Assembly (NCBI GenBank): GCA_035577625.1
Contig: DATLVG010000139.1
Location: 16,114-80,113 of the forward strand
Direction of reading: 5' to 3'
DNA length: 64,000 nt
Origin: Candidatus Dormiibacterota bacterium
GTDB taxonomy: Bacteria > Acidobacteriota > Terriglobia > Acidiferrales > UBA7541
Within the stretch, counting starts at the first letter, position 1, and the number at the start of each line of letters is the position of its first letter. Shown here piece after piece: positions 20,347 to 29,400 of the stretch. A program made the translations under genes and the position numbers. The notes below the pieces were generated by a model that saw only the letters and a program-made list of their open reading frames with translations, made no database searches and was not told the origin of the DNA.

Positions 20347-21534
20347 ATGAAAAACAATTACGATTGGCAACGCAAGCTACTCTCCCTCGCGATGATTGCA
20401 ACCGGAGCCTTCTTCTTTATCTCCCAGTATTTGCGCGGCAATTCCAGTTTCGTCGCGCTCGGCGCCGAACTGAGTGCCACTCGCTTCGCGCATGTCCCAG
20501 AAATTTCGCAAGCTGCACCCACCGTCGAAAACGCCCAGTTCGAAACCCGTGCCCTCTCCGGAGAACTTTCCGTGGAACTGAATCACTGGGCGAAATCTTC
20601 CGCGTCGCCTGAATGGCTCGGCTACACGGTTCCCGCACTCGACGGCGAAAAAATAATCTGCTGCGGCGGTAACGGCGACTGGAACGGCTACCGCGATTGC
20701 GGCCCGTGCCATCTTGAAGACAACAAACACGGAGAGAATTTTACTTCCGGCTCGCACGAAACAAAACTCGAGGGTCCGCGCAACATTTTTATTCTATACC
20801 GAGCAGCGGAAGGAAAACTCGGCAAAATTCGCGTCGTCTCCGAAGGCTGCAAAATCGACGCCGGTAATCTGCATTTCACTTTGCTCACCGGAGTCAATCC
20901 AGCAAAGAGCGTCGAATATCTCTCCGGTTTGGTGACGGGCCAGGATCTTCACGACGGCCGCTGGGAGCATGTGCCGCAAGGCGCGCTAACCGCAATCGCC
21001 ATGCACGCGGACGCGAGCGCGGACAAGGCGATGAATTCCTTCGTCGAATCCTCGCAACCGGAATCGCTGCGCAAACAAACCGTATTCTGGCTCGGCGAAG
21101 CTCGCGGCGCTTCCGGATTCCAGGCGTTGAAGCAACTTGCCAAAAACGAGAAGAGCGCCGAAGTGCGTTCGCAGATTACATTTGCGCTTTCGCTCAATCG
21201 CGACCCGGGCGCCATCGACGAGATGATTCGCATGGCGCGGGAAGACGAGAGCACCCACGTACGCGGGCAAGCGTTGTTCTGGCTTGCGCAGAAAGCCGGC
21301 CAGAAGGCGGCGGGCGTGATCACCGGCGCGATTGAGAATGATCCGGACACGGAAGTGAAGAAGAAAGCCGTGTTTGCGCTTTCGCAGATGCCGCGCGAAG
21401 AAGGCGTCCCGAAGTTAATTCAAGTGGCGCAGAACAACAAAAATCCGGAAGTGCGCAAGCAGGCGATGTTCTGGCTGGGGCAGTCGAACGATCCGCGCGC
21501 GCTGGAATTTTTCGAGAAAATTCTTTCGCGATAA
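20347..21534 (+). CDS. Exported HEAT-repeat protein with Cys-containing N-terminal domain
   Basis: ICCG..DCGPC..GCKIDAG; repeats LRKQTVFWLG, VRGQALFWLAQ, VRKQAMFWLGQ. Confidence 0.78.
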   Translation: MKNNYDWQRKLLSLAMIATGAFFFISQYLRGNSSFVALGAELSATRFAHVPEISQAAPTVENAQFETRALSGELSVELNHWAKSSASPEWLGYTVPALDGEKIICCGGNGDWNGYRDCGPCHLEDNKHGENFTSGSHETKLEGPRNIFILYRAAEGKLGKIRVVSEGCKIDAGNLHFTLLTGVNPAKSVEYLSGLVTGQDLHDGRWEHVPQGALTAIAMHADASADKAMNSFVESSQPESLRKQTVFWLGEARGASGFQALKQLAKNEKSAEVRSQITFALSLNRDPGAIDEMIRMAREDESTHVRGQALFWLAQKAGQKAAGVITGAIENDPDTEVKKKAVFALSQMPREEGVPKLIQVAQNNKNPEVRKQAMFWLGQSNDPRALEFFEKILSR

Positions 21535-21537
21535 TTG

Positions 21538-22434
21538 CTAAAGCTTCAGCGTTTTCAGCGGCGCCGCCTGCGAGGCGAGCAGAAGTTGGCCGTGAAACGC
21601 GCATTCCGCTGGGCGTTTTTCGAGTGCTTGCTCGGCGGACAGCCGCACAACTTCCGGATGATTATTCTCCTGCGAAATGTGCGCCATGATCAGGTAACGC
21701 GCGCGGGCATCGAATCCTTCTGGATCCGCAAGATATTCGCTCACCGCCAGATTGGAAAGATGGCCGGTGCGGGAAAGAACGCGCTGCTTCACGACCCACG
21801 GATAAGGGCCGACCTTCAGCATATCGAGATCGTGATTCGACTCGAGCAGCAGACAATCCGCATCGCGCAAATGTACCTTCACTAATTCCGGCAGATATCC
21901 CAGGTCCGTCACAAGAGCAAATTTCGCGCCGTTCGCCTTGAACGTAAATCCAATCGGATCGGCGGCGTCATGCGGAATCGCGAACGCGTGGACGTCAATA
22001 TCGCCAATCATGAATCGCTGGCCAGCCTGAATTTTCTCCACTGCGTTCAACCGCTTGCCGAAAGTGTCCGGCAAAGTCTTGCTCAACGCATCGAGAGTCG
22101 GCTCGGTGACGTAGAGCGGGGCTTTCCACATGCCAAGCATTTGCGGCAGTCCGCTGCAGTGGTCGGAATGTTCGTGGGTTATCAGGATTCCGTCGAGATG
22201 CTCGACGGAATTCTCTGCGGCAGCAAGCCGGGCTAGCGTTTCGCGTTTACCGAGTCCAGCGTCCACAAGGAGTCGGGTGCGCTCGGTCTCCAGCAGAGTG
22301 ATGTTGCCGGAGCTTCCGGACGCCAGGATGGTAACGCGCAGGCCGATCGAATTCCCCCGAGAAACCGAAAAACCAATTTCAGAATCATCGCAGAGCGGAT
22401 AAATCGCGTCAACGTGGGAATTGCTAGGCCACAT
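21538..22434 (-). CDS. MBL-fold metallo-hydrolase (YycJ/WalJ-like)
   Basis: LASGSSGN, THEHSDH, PHDAADP, TDLG, ESNHD, GHLSN; start uncertain, similarity begins near 22341. Confidence 0.85.
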   Translation of the reverse strand: MWPSNSHVDAIYPLCDDSEIGFSVSRGNSIGLRVTILASGSSGNITLLETERTRLLVDAGLGKRETLARLAAAENSVEHLDGILITHEHSDHCSGLPQMLGMWKAPLYVTEPTLDALSKTLPDTFGKRLNAVEKIQAGQRFMIGDIDVHAFAIPHDAADPIGFTFKANGAKFALVTDLGYLPELVKVHLRDADCLLLESNHDLDMLKVGPYPWVVKQRVLSRTGHLSNLAVSEYLADPEGFDARARYLIMAHISQENNHPEVVRLSAEQALEKRPAECAFHGQLLLASQAAPLKTLKL

Positions 22435-22435
22435 T

Positions 22436-23566
22436 TCAGTTGCGGCCCGTCGCACCAAGGTCCGACGGCTTCAGTCCAATCTTCCCGAGTCCTTCCTCCT
22501 GCAACTTCTTAAAATTAGCTTTGGCGGCGAGAAACTCTTTTCGCTCAGTATCTGCTTTTTGGAACTTCTCATTGTATTCATTCAGCAAATCGGTGGACGC
22601 AAAAACCACCTTGTTATCCTTCACATGAAATGAATGTTCGTTATCCTGCATAAACTCGTACAGGCTAATCGAATCCTTCAGCCACAGTCGTTCGATTTCG
22701 TTCAGATCGTCCCGCGGCTTCAAGCTCTTCCGGAACGACCCTTCAAAACCGTCCCAGAACTCCTTTTTCTCTTCATCACTCAAGGAAGAGGCAAAAAGCC
22801 GCTCCTTCGTCTTTTGCAGGAGCGGCTCCATCGAAGCGTATTTCGCCTCAACTGCCTCCATTGCGCGCAATTGCTCGATTGCTTTGCCAAGGTTGGAGTC
22901 ACCGTCGAACGTCTTCGCTCCATACAGCGGCGTGATGGCCGACTTGTCCAATGTGTTTACCTCGGCCAGATAGTCGTCGTTGAATTTTTTGATGTCCGCA
23001 AAAAACGGCCGGATAATCCCGTCGAACTTTCCCTGCTCAGCGCTTTTCGGCGCCTGCCCCGTCGCTTCTTTGGCGAGTCTGGCGATGCGCTCCCTTGTCT
23101 CGTTTTCTGAGCTGGGGCGTAAACGGCTCAACTCGCCAGACAACGACAGCAGGCTTACGAGCAACGCGACCGAAATTCCCATTACGCCCTTGTGGTTGCC
23201 TGGAACCGGTGGAACTCGCTTCCGGGTAGTAAGCCACACAATGAGCCACGCAATCAGCGTGGGTGTTAGAAGCCCGCCGATGAAGTAGCCGCTTGCTTCC
23301 GGAGTAAGAACGCCGTGTGACCAGAGCTTCGTCTTGTAATACCCCATCATCAAGACCAGCATCGCGCCGACAATCGTAATCAGGCTCAACAGGGGAGCCG
23401 GAACGCGGCTCAGGAACGATTGTTTTGCGGGGCGGGGGAACGGCGGCGGTGGAGCATGCGTACCTGGGCGCGCAGACAGGATCTCGCCTGGGGCTAGATT
23501 GTGCGCGCAGAACGGGCAGGCTGCGGACGAAGCGGGAATTTCTTGTAAGCATTTTGGGCAAAACAT
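22436..23566 (-). CDS. Hypothetical membrane protein with N-terminal zinc ribbon
   Basis: MFCPKC...CPFC, Pro-rich linker, three TMs, helical C-terminal domain; real start taken at ATG 23566. Confidence 0.7.
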   Translation of the reverse strand: MFCPKCLQEIPASSAACPFCAHNLAPGEILSARPGTHAPPPPFPRPAKQSFLSRVPAPLLSLITIVGAMLVLMMGYYKTKLWSHGVLTPEASGYFIGGLLTPTLIAWLIVWLTTRKRVPPVPGNHKGVMGISVALLVSLLSLSGELSRLRPSSENETRERIARLAKEATGQAPKSAEQGKFDGIIRPFFADIKKFNDDYLAEVNTLDKSAITPLYGAKTFDGDSNLGKAIEQLRAMEAVEAKYASMEPLLQKTKERLFASSLSDEEKKEFWDGFEGSFRKSLKPRDDLNEIERLWLKDSISLYEFMQDNEHSFHVKDNKVVFASTDLLNEYNEKFQKADTERKEFLAAKANFKKLQEEGLGKIGLKPSDLGATGRN

Positions 23567-23591
23567 GCTGGGTTCTCCGTTTATGGAGATG

Positions 23592-24869
23592 CTAACAACT
23601 GAGGCGATTGCGGTCGAGGGTGAAGCCGTTGAGGGGGCCGAGTACGGTGGCGGAAATTTGTTCGGGGCGGAAGAATTCCTGGGCGAGGGACTGCACATCT
23701 TCGCGGGTGACGGCTTCGATGGAGGCGAGAATTTCGTCGAGGGTGAAGAAGCGGCCGAAATAGAGTTCCTGGCGAGCGAGATTGGACATGCGGGAACTGG
23801 TGGATTCCAGGGAAAGCATGAGGGAACCCTTGAGATGGTTCTTGGCGCGCAAAAGTTCTTCGTCGGAGACGGGCGATTCTTTGAGGGCGCGAAATTCCGC
23901 GACGGTGAGATCGAGGACCTGGCCGATCGTTTCTTTTGCGCAGCCCGCATAGACGGTGAACATGCCCGCGTCGGAATAGGGAGTGACTTCGCTGAATACA
24001 GCGTAAGCAAGGCCTCGCTTTTCACGAATGTTCTGGAAAAGGCGCGAAGACATGCCGCCGCCAAGAAGATTATTGAGAACGGCGACGACGAAGCGGCGGT
24101 CGTGCGCGATGGGAAGCGAAGGAACGCCAAGACAGAGATGAACCTGCTTGAGGTCGGGTTTGCGGTCGATCTGGATGGGAGCGCTGGTTTGCGGTGCCAC
24201 GTGATCTTCCAGCCCGCCAGTTGGCTTGAGATGGCCGAACTGTTTTGCGACAAGATCGGTGACCTGGTCGTGAGTCACGTTACCGGCCGCGGTGACAAGA
24301 AGATGATCCGGCGCGAACCATTCCTTGAAACGATTGCGGAGAACTGTGGGTGAAAACTTTTCGACCGTGTCCGGTGTGCCGAGGATCGGACGGCCAAGCG
24401 GATGCTCGGGCCAGAAACCGCGAGTGAACGTTTCGTGGAGAAGATACTCCGGGTTGTCCATGTCCATCTTGATTTCTTCGAGGACAACCTGCTGTTCATT
24501 TTTCACGTCGGCGGAATCGAAGCGCGGATGGAGGCAGAGATCGCTGATGATGTCGAAAGCGATGGGAAGATTTTGGTCGAGAACTTTGGCGTTGAAACAG
24601 ATTTGTTCTTTTGAGGTGAATGCGTCGAGCATGCCGCCGATGGAATCCATTTCGCGGGCGATGGCTTCGGCGGAGCGGCGCTCGGTGCCTTTGAAGACCA
24701 TGTGCTCGATGAAATGAGCGAGTCCGTTTTCCTGCGGAATTTCGCGGCGGGAGCCATTGCGAATCCAGACGCCAACGGAGACGGAACGCACGTGCGACAT
24801 CGGCTCGGTGATGACAACGAGACCGTTGGGAAGAACGTGGCGCTGGATGTTGCGAATCTCAGGAGCCAT
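23592..24869 (-). CDS. M16 family zinc peptidase (pitrilysin-like)
   Basis: GLAHFIEHMVFKGT (HxxEH), LGGGMSSRLFQNIREKRGLAY. Confidence 0.93.
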   Translation of the reverse strand: MAPEIRNIQRHVLPNGLVVITEPMSHVRSVSVGVWIRNGSRREIPQENGLAHFIEHMVFKGTERRSAEAIAREMDSIGGMLDAFTSKEQICFNAKVLDQNLPIAFDIISDLCLHPRFDSADVKNEQQVVLEEIKMDMDNPEYLLHETFTRGFWPEHPLGRPILGTPDTVEKFSPTVLRNRFKEWFAPDHLLVTAAGNVTHDQVTDLVAKQFGHLKPTGGLEDHVAPQTSAPIQIDRKPDLKQVHLCLGVPSLPIAHDRRFVVAVLNNLLGGGMSSRLFQNIREKRGLAYAVFSEVTPYSDAGMFTVYAGCAKETIGQVLDLTVAEFRALKESPVSDEELLRAKNHLKGSLMLSLESTSSRMSNLARQELYFGRFFTLDEILASIEAVTREDVQSLAQEFFRPEQISATVLGPLNGFTLDRNRLSC

Positions 24870-25065
24870 AAAGGCATTGTGACACACGCGGAAGGATAGT
24901 GGCGAGAGGCGAGTGAGAGCACGTGCAGGCGGGATGGAAGGGGGTATGTACCCCGGTTTTTTGTAACTGCAGATTCTGCTGGAGTTAGAGTGAAACATGG
25001 TCATTTCTCCGGCTCGGAAGCGGGAGCGGCGGGAAGGCCTGTATAACGGCGCCTTTCAATTTCTG

Positions 25066-25141
25066 CCATTCTTCGTGACGCTCGTTGGGACGGCGCGCGT
25101 TTGCTTCGCTGTGGACGCGCATGAGCGTCGGCAAGATGACA
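25066..25141 (-). repeat. Extended TGTCATC-type nested inverted repeat
   Basis: Reverse complement TGTCATCTT-GCCGACGCTC..GCGCGT..ACGCGC..GAGCGTC-ACGAAGAAT. Confidence 0.45.
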
Positions 25142-25354
25142 TAGGGTAAACGTGGGATGGCCGAGGGAAAGGCGGGGTGACGGAGGGAAAGTGGATGTCG
25201 GAGCGAAGGCGGGTGGGACGGAATGCTGGAGTCGAAATGGCCGAGAAGACAGAGGGCTGGCCTAAGGGCGGGGGAAACGAGGACAGCCACACCTGTACGT
25301 TAAATAGCTGGGAGTACCATTCGCGCGCACGGAGTAGAACGAAAGAATGCACTC

Positions 25355-25765
25355 GTGCGACGGCTGGCCCTATTTACGGTTGCGTTTGCGTGCCTGGCGA
25401 TGATTCTGGGTGGCGCGGAACATGCCGCTTCCCGGGAACAGCTCCAGCAGGTGGATTTACAGCGGCTGTACCAAGAGGTGAATCACGACTCGTTCGCAGG
25501 GAGCTTGCCTAACGTTCCGGTTCGGTGGGGTGACCTGACAAAAGACGACGCCTACGGCGTGACGCACTTCGAGAAAGGCGTGCCGTATGCGATCGAAGTG
25601 GACCGGCAGAGCGTGAAGACAGAGAGTTTTGCGCTGGATGTGCTGCGGCATGAGAGCTGCCACATTGCGACGATCGGCGAAGCGAAGCGCCGGAACGAAG
25701 ACCGGCACGGAGCGTTGTTTGTAGAGTGCATGTCGCGAGTTCAGAACGACGATAAAGCGGACTGA
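25355..25765 (+). CDS. Small secreted SprT-like zinc metallopeptidase
   Basis: Signal peptide; LY.EVN..F.G.LP, VLRHESCH (HExxH), HG..F. Confidence 0.65.
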   Translation: MRRLALFTVAFACLAMILGGAEHAASREQLQQVDLQRLYQEVNHDSFAGSLPNVPVRWGDLTKDDAYGVTHFEKGVPYAIEVDRQSVKTESFALDVLRHESCHIATIGEAKRRNEDRHGALFVECMSRVQNDDKAD

Positions 25766-25813
25766 AAAGTTCACCGGTATCGCGCCAGAGTGTTCAGCCA
25801 TTGTGATAAAGAG

Positions 25814-25841
25814 GCGCCGCCCTCGGAAGGGCGCCGCTACA
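25814..25841 (-). repeat. GTAG-type REP-like palindrome
   Basis: Reverse complement TGTAGCGGCGCCCTTCCGAGGGCGGCGC. Confidence 0.75.
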
Positions 25842-25944
25842 ACGGCCCCATCTAGACGAAAACCTTAAGACCAATAAAAGACAGCGACGTAAAACTGCCG
25901 CTGGAGAGCTGTGCGCGAATCGGTGTCGAACAAACCGGAGCGCG

Positions 25945-26646
25945 TCAGTCGCACAGTTGCGACCGCGCCGATGCTTGATGCCGGCCATTCCAAGTGGTGA
26001 CTACGGAGACGAGAAAAAAGGTGGCGATAGAGAGATTGGTGGAGCCGCCGACGAGGATGGCACCAACGGGAGATGGAACGAAAGCCGCGACGGGCGAAAG
26101 AAGAGTTAGGACGGCAGGATTCGCGAGCGCAGTCCAGCGAGGGTAGTTTGATTTGCCGAGCAACACTAGCGCGAAGAGCAGGACCGCGGCGACGTAACCC
26201 GGAATTGAACCGATATCGTAAGCAAGGCTCCAATAGGCGGTGATGGACGAGGAGAGTTCCGCGCATGCGCCAGCTTGACCGGAACAATACTTAATGGCGA
26301 GGCCGTGGGCGGTCCAAAGGACGTGGATGGCGCTGCCGGCGACCATAAGGATGGAAAAGGACACGAGGGTGAGGCGCGCGAGGAGGTGATGGCAGGAGCG
26401 CGTGTTCAGATAGACGTGCCAGAAGCCGATGATGCAGAGGCACGCCGCAAGGGGACCGACCAAGCCCCCGGCGAAAAGGCGAGCGTCCGAGGCGTGAGTA
26501 ACGGTATTGAGCAAGCCGGCGGAAAAATTTGCGCCCGAGCCGAGATGACCATAGAAAAGCATGTCGCCAACGAAAAACAGGAGCGCACCGGCGAGGCCGC
26601 AAAGACCCGCAATCCGGCGATTCCGATCAGCGATTGGCTCGATCAT
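25945..26646 (-). CDS. Hypothetical multi-pass membrane protein
   Basis: GALLFFVGDMLFYG...YPRW; about six hydrophobic segments. Confidence 0.7.
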   Translation of the reverse strand: MIEPIADRNRRIAGLCGLAGALLFFVGDMLFYGHLGSGANFSAGLLNTVTHASDARLFAGGLVGPLAACLCIIGFWHVYLNTRSCHHLLARLTLVSFSILMVAGSAIHVLWTAHGLAIKYCSGQAGACAELSSSITAYWSLAYDIGSIPGYVAAVLLFALVLLGKSNYPRWTALANPAVLTLLSPVAAFVPSPVGAILVGGSTNLSIATFFLVSVVTTWNGRHQASARSQLCD

Positions 26647-26828
26647 GAGAGTCACCTCTGAGGTGCAAGCGCAAGCTCTGAAGCTACTACGAGGCGGCAC
26701 CAGCATTTCTTTCATGAAAAGTTTGATGAGAGGCAGGTCTACGCACGACGGCGTGCGTGACTTTGCAGGTGAGTTGGATTAACTTACTGAGCTTTCCCTG
26801 GTGAGCTTGGGAATTCGGTGGAGGAGAG

Positions 26829-27209
26829 ATGAAGATCGCGACGATTGTTGCGCAAGTGCTATTGGGTATCGAGTTCGTGGTGTTTGGATCGAATCCGTTT
26901 CTGCATTTTCTTCCGGCGACGCTGCCGCCGGGGTTGGGCGGACAGTTTCTGTCCATTCTGTTTGAGTCGAAGTATGTACTGTTTGTAGGCGCGGTGCAGG
27001 TGATCGGCGGAGCACTACTGATTGTGAATCGCTACGTACCGCTCGCGCTGGCGCTGCTGGGGCCGGTGCTTTTCAATATTCTTTTGTTCCATGGGCTGCT
27101 GAGCCATGCCGGGTGGCAGCCGGGCGTGGTGTCAGCAATTCTGTGGGTATTCCTGATGTTCCGATACCAGAAGAATTTTGCAGGAATTTTTGCGGCGAAG
27201 GCGATGTAA
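26829..27209 (+). CDS. DoxX-like membrane protein
   Basis: FVVFGSNPFLHFLP, RYVPLALALLGPVLFNILLFH; SD GAGGAG. Confidence 0.8.
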   Translation: MKIATIVAQVLLGIEFVVFGSNPFLHFLPATLPPGLGGQFLSILFESKYVLFVGAVQVIGGALLIVNRYVPLALALLGPVLFNILLFHGLLSHAGWQPGVVSAILWVFLMFRYQKNFAGIFAAKAM

Positions 27210-27231
27210 GCGAATTTCAGAAGCAGCTGTG

Positions 27232-27268
27232 CGGCGCATGCTGATGAGGCATGCGCCGTTTCTTTTTT
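27232..27268 (+). terminator. Intrinsic terminator
   Basis: CGGCGCATGC-TGATGAG-GCATGCGCCG followed by TTTCTTTTTT. Confidence 0.85.
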
Positions 27269-27454
27269 GGATTTGGCTCCGGTAACCGTCAAGCGGAATG
27301 GCGGGTGCAAGGATAAGGCGACGACTGGCGCTGGAATAATCAGTCAAACAATGAAGGCGATGAAAGAATTTAGAATCAGGTTCTCGTTTGCAAATCAAAT
27401 AATTTTCGGGAAAACAACGACAAATCGGGTGATTTCGTCCAACCCATTGGAAAG

Positions 27455-27470
27455 TGGCGCCGCGTTTGCA
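27455..27470 (+). promoter_or_regulatory. Sigma54 (-24/-12) promoter candidate
   Basis: TGGCGCCGCGTTTGCA (GG-N10-GC) about 20 nt before the OMP start; IHF-like AATCAAATAATTT at 27393. Confidence 0.6.
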
Positions 27471-27490
27471 GTGAGCGGTGCGGGAAAGGG

Positions 27491-28141
27491 GTGGACGTCA
27501 TGGGAAAGATGCTGTTGGCGGTGGGAATGTTTTTGTTGTGTGTTGGCGGTACGAGGGCGCAGGAATATCCGCGGGTTGAAGTGTTCGGCGGGTATTCCTA
27601 CGGGAATTTCGGACCGACGGCCGGAACGGGAGAGGGGCGAAACGGCATGAACGGCTGGAACACGTCCGTGAGCGTGAATATGAACCGATGGTTTGGGCTA
27701 GCGAGCGATATCGGCGGCGAATATGGCAATTTTCATTTTACGGTGCCGGTGCCACCAATCGCTTGCGGCGCGACGACTCCGTGCACAATCGACATAAAGG
27801 GGAACGACAAGTACTACAATTTTCTGTTTGGGCCGCAGTTCACACTGCGAAGGGAAAAGGTGAGTCCGTTCGTCCATTTCTTGATTGGCGGATCGCACTT
27901 AGATGAAACTGCGACCACGACGATTCCGGTGCCGACACCACCGATATTTCCGGTACTACCGAGCACGTTCACAATCAAAACATCGAGCACGAATTTTGCA
28001 TTTGCGACGGGTGGCGGCGCGGACTTCAAGCTGACGGAACGAATAGCTTGGCGAGTACAGGCGGATTATTTGCAGACGCAGATCAATCGCCATGCACAGA
28101 ATGATTTGCGCGTGGCAACGGGGCTGGTGTTTCAGTTCTAG
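27491..28141 (+). CDS. Outer-membrane beta-barrel protein
   Basis: Signal peptide, EVFGGYSY, FLFGPQF, GGGADF, RVQADY, terminal F. Confidence 0.85.
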   Translation: MDVMGKMLLAVGMFLLCVGGTRAQEYPRVEVFGGYSYGNFGPTAGTGEGRNGMNGWNTSVSVNMNRWFGLASDIGGEYGNFHFTVPVPPIACGATTPCTIDIKGNDKYYNFLFGPQFTLRREKVSPFVHFLIGGSHLDETATTTIPVPTPPIFPVLPSTFTIKTSSTNFAFATGGGADFKLTERIAWRVQADYLQTQINRHAQNDLRVATGLVFQF

Positions 28142-28298
28142 CGGATGGCGCGAGACAACTTGAGGGGCGACCCGGTAGGTTGCGCCGCCCCTCGTTCGTA
28201 CAGCTACTGGCAGGTACTGCGCCTCGAGCGTCTATCGTGATTCCTTAGGTGGCAAGAATCACGGGACGCGCATTTCGTGTTGTGCGCGCGACTTGAGG

Positions 28299-29195
28299 TC
28301 ACGTGCGGATCGTCAACACGGGGCATGTGGCTTGCGAAATTACCTGATGCGCAACGGCATTGGGCAAATGCGTGGCGCGAATGTATCCCTTGGCACGGCG
28401 GAGGCCGAGGACGATGAGATCGGTGCGTTCCCTTTGCGCGACATCCAGAATTTTGTCGGCGGGAACGCCGTGGACAACGACGGTTTTCGGTTCGAAAGCG
28501 AGGCCATGCTCACCGCGAACGAAGGAAGCAAGGTGATCGAGCGCCGAAGTTTCGAGTTCGTGCGGGCGAACGAGATCGCCGGCGTGCGGACGGTCGATAA
28601 CGTGAAGTAAGGTCAGGCGAGCTTGTTGTTCCTGGGCAAGGCCCACGGTGAAAGTGGCCGCGGCCCGCGCGCCGTCACTGAAATCAGTTGCATAGAGAAT
28701 TTTGTGAAATGTTTTTTCATGGGGCAGGCCTGGAGCAGCGTGAGGGCCGACGGTGAGCACTGGACATGTTGCGCGACGAAGAATTTCTTCGGCGATCGAG
28801 CCGAGAATGAACTTGCCGATGCCGCGGCGGCCGCTGGTGCCAAGAATGATGAGGTCAGCATGCTTCGCTTCAGCGACGGTTTCGACGACGTCGATTACGC
28901 CGCCTTCCATGACAATGACGTCGCTGGTGAGAGCGGGATAGTCTTCGTGCAACGCGCGCTTGAGATCTCCGGATTCTTTTTCGAGCTGCTCGTTGACGAT
29001 TGGCCAAATTTCTGTGGCGGGGAGCGCATAGCTTTCCGGCGCTTTGGCGTGAACGGCGTGGAGCTTGGCCCCGAATTCCTGGGCGAGATGAGCCGCGAGC
29101 GGAAGCGCGGCAGCGGCGGCGGGAGAAAAATCCGTGGCGAAAAGAATGTTGTGAAGTTCGAGAGCAACGGGTGTGGGTGCGAGTGCGGCTTTCAT
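28299..29195 (-). CDS. Universal stress protein (tandem USP domains)
   Basis: ILFATDFS and ILYATDFS, GSIAEEILRRATCPVLTV, ATCPVLTI. Confidence 0.92.
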   Translation of the reverse strand: MKAALAPTPVALELHNILFATDFSPAAAAALPLAAHLAQEFGAKLHAVHAKAPESYALPATEIWPIVNEQLEKESGDLKRALHEDYPALTSDVIVMEGGVIDVVETVAEAKHADLIILGTSGRRGIGKFILGSIAEEILRRATCPVLTVGPHAAPGLPHEKTFHKILYATDFSDGARAAATFTVGLAQEQQARLTLLHVIDRPHAGDLVRPHELETSALDHLASFVRGEHGLAFEPKTVVVHGVPADKILDVAQRERTDLIVLGLRRAKGYIRATHLPNAVAHQVISQATCPVLTIRT

Positions 29196-29400
29196 AACTG
29201 CCTCCCTGATGAATCCAGTTTTAGGATAAGAGGTGGCGGATGAATGTGATGAGGGTCACGAAGGAATGTGACGAGCGAACGCGGGTGTGGAAGAGACGGC
29301 GAGAAAAGGGTCCGAATTTCCAATCATAAGCGACCGCCTCGGCCCCTTGACCACCTGCGAGGCAAAAAGACAGCCGCTACAACGGCTGAGGAGTGAAAAG

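Noticed and set aside
23567-24253. N-terminal 229 aa of the 605-aa ORF 22436..24253
   Set aside because: Off-frame overlap with the M16 peptidase with Ser/Pro-rich shadow composition; the credible start is MFCPKC at 23566
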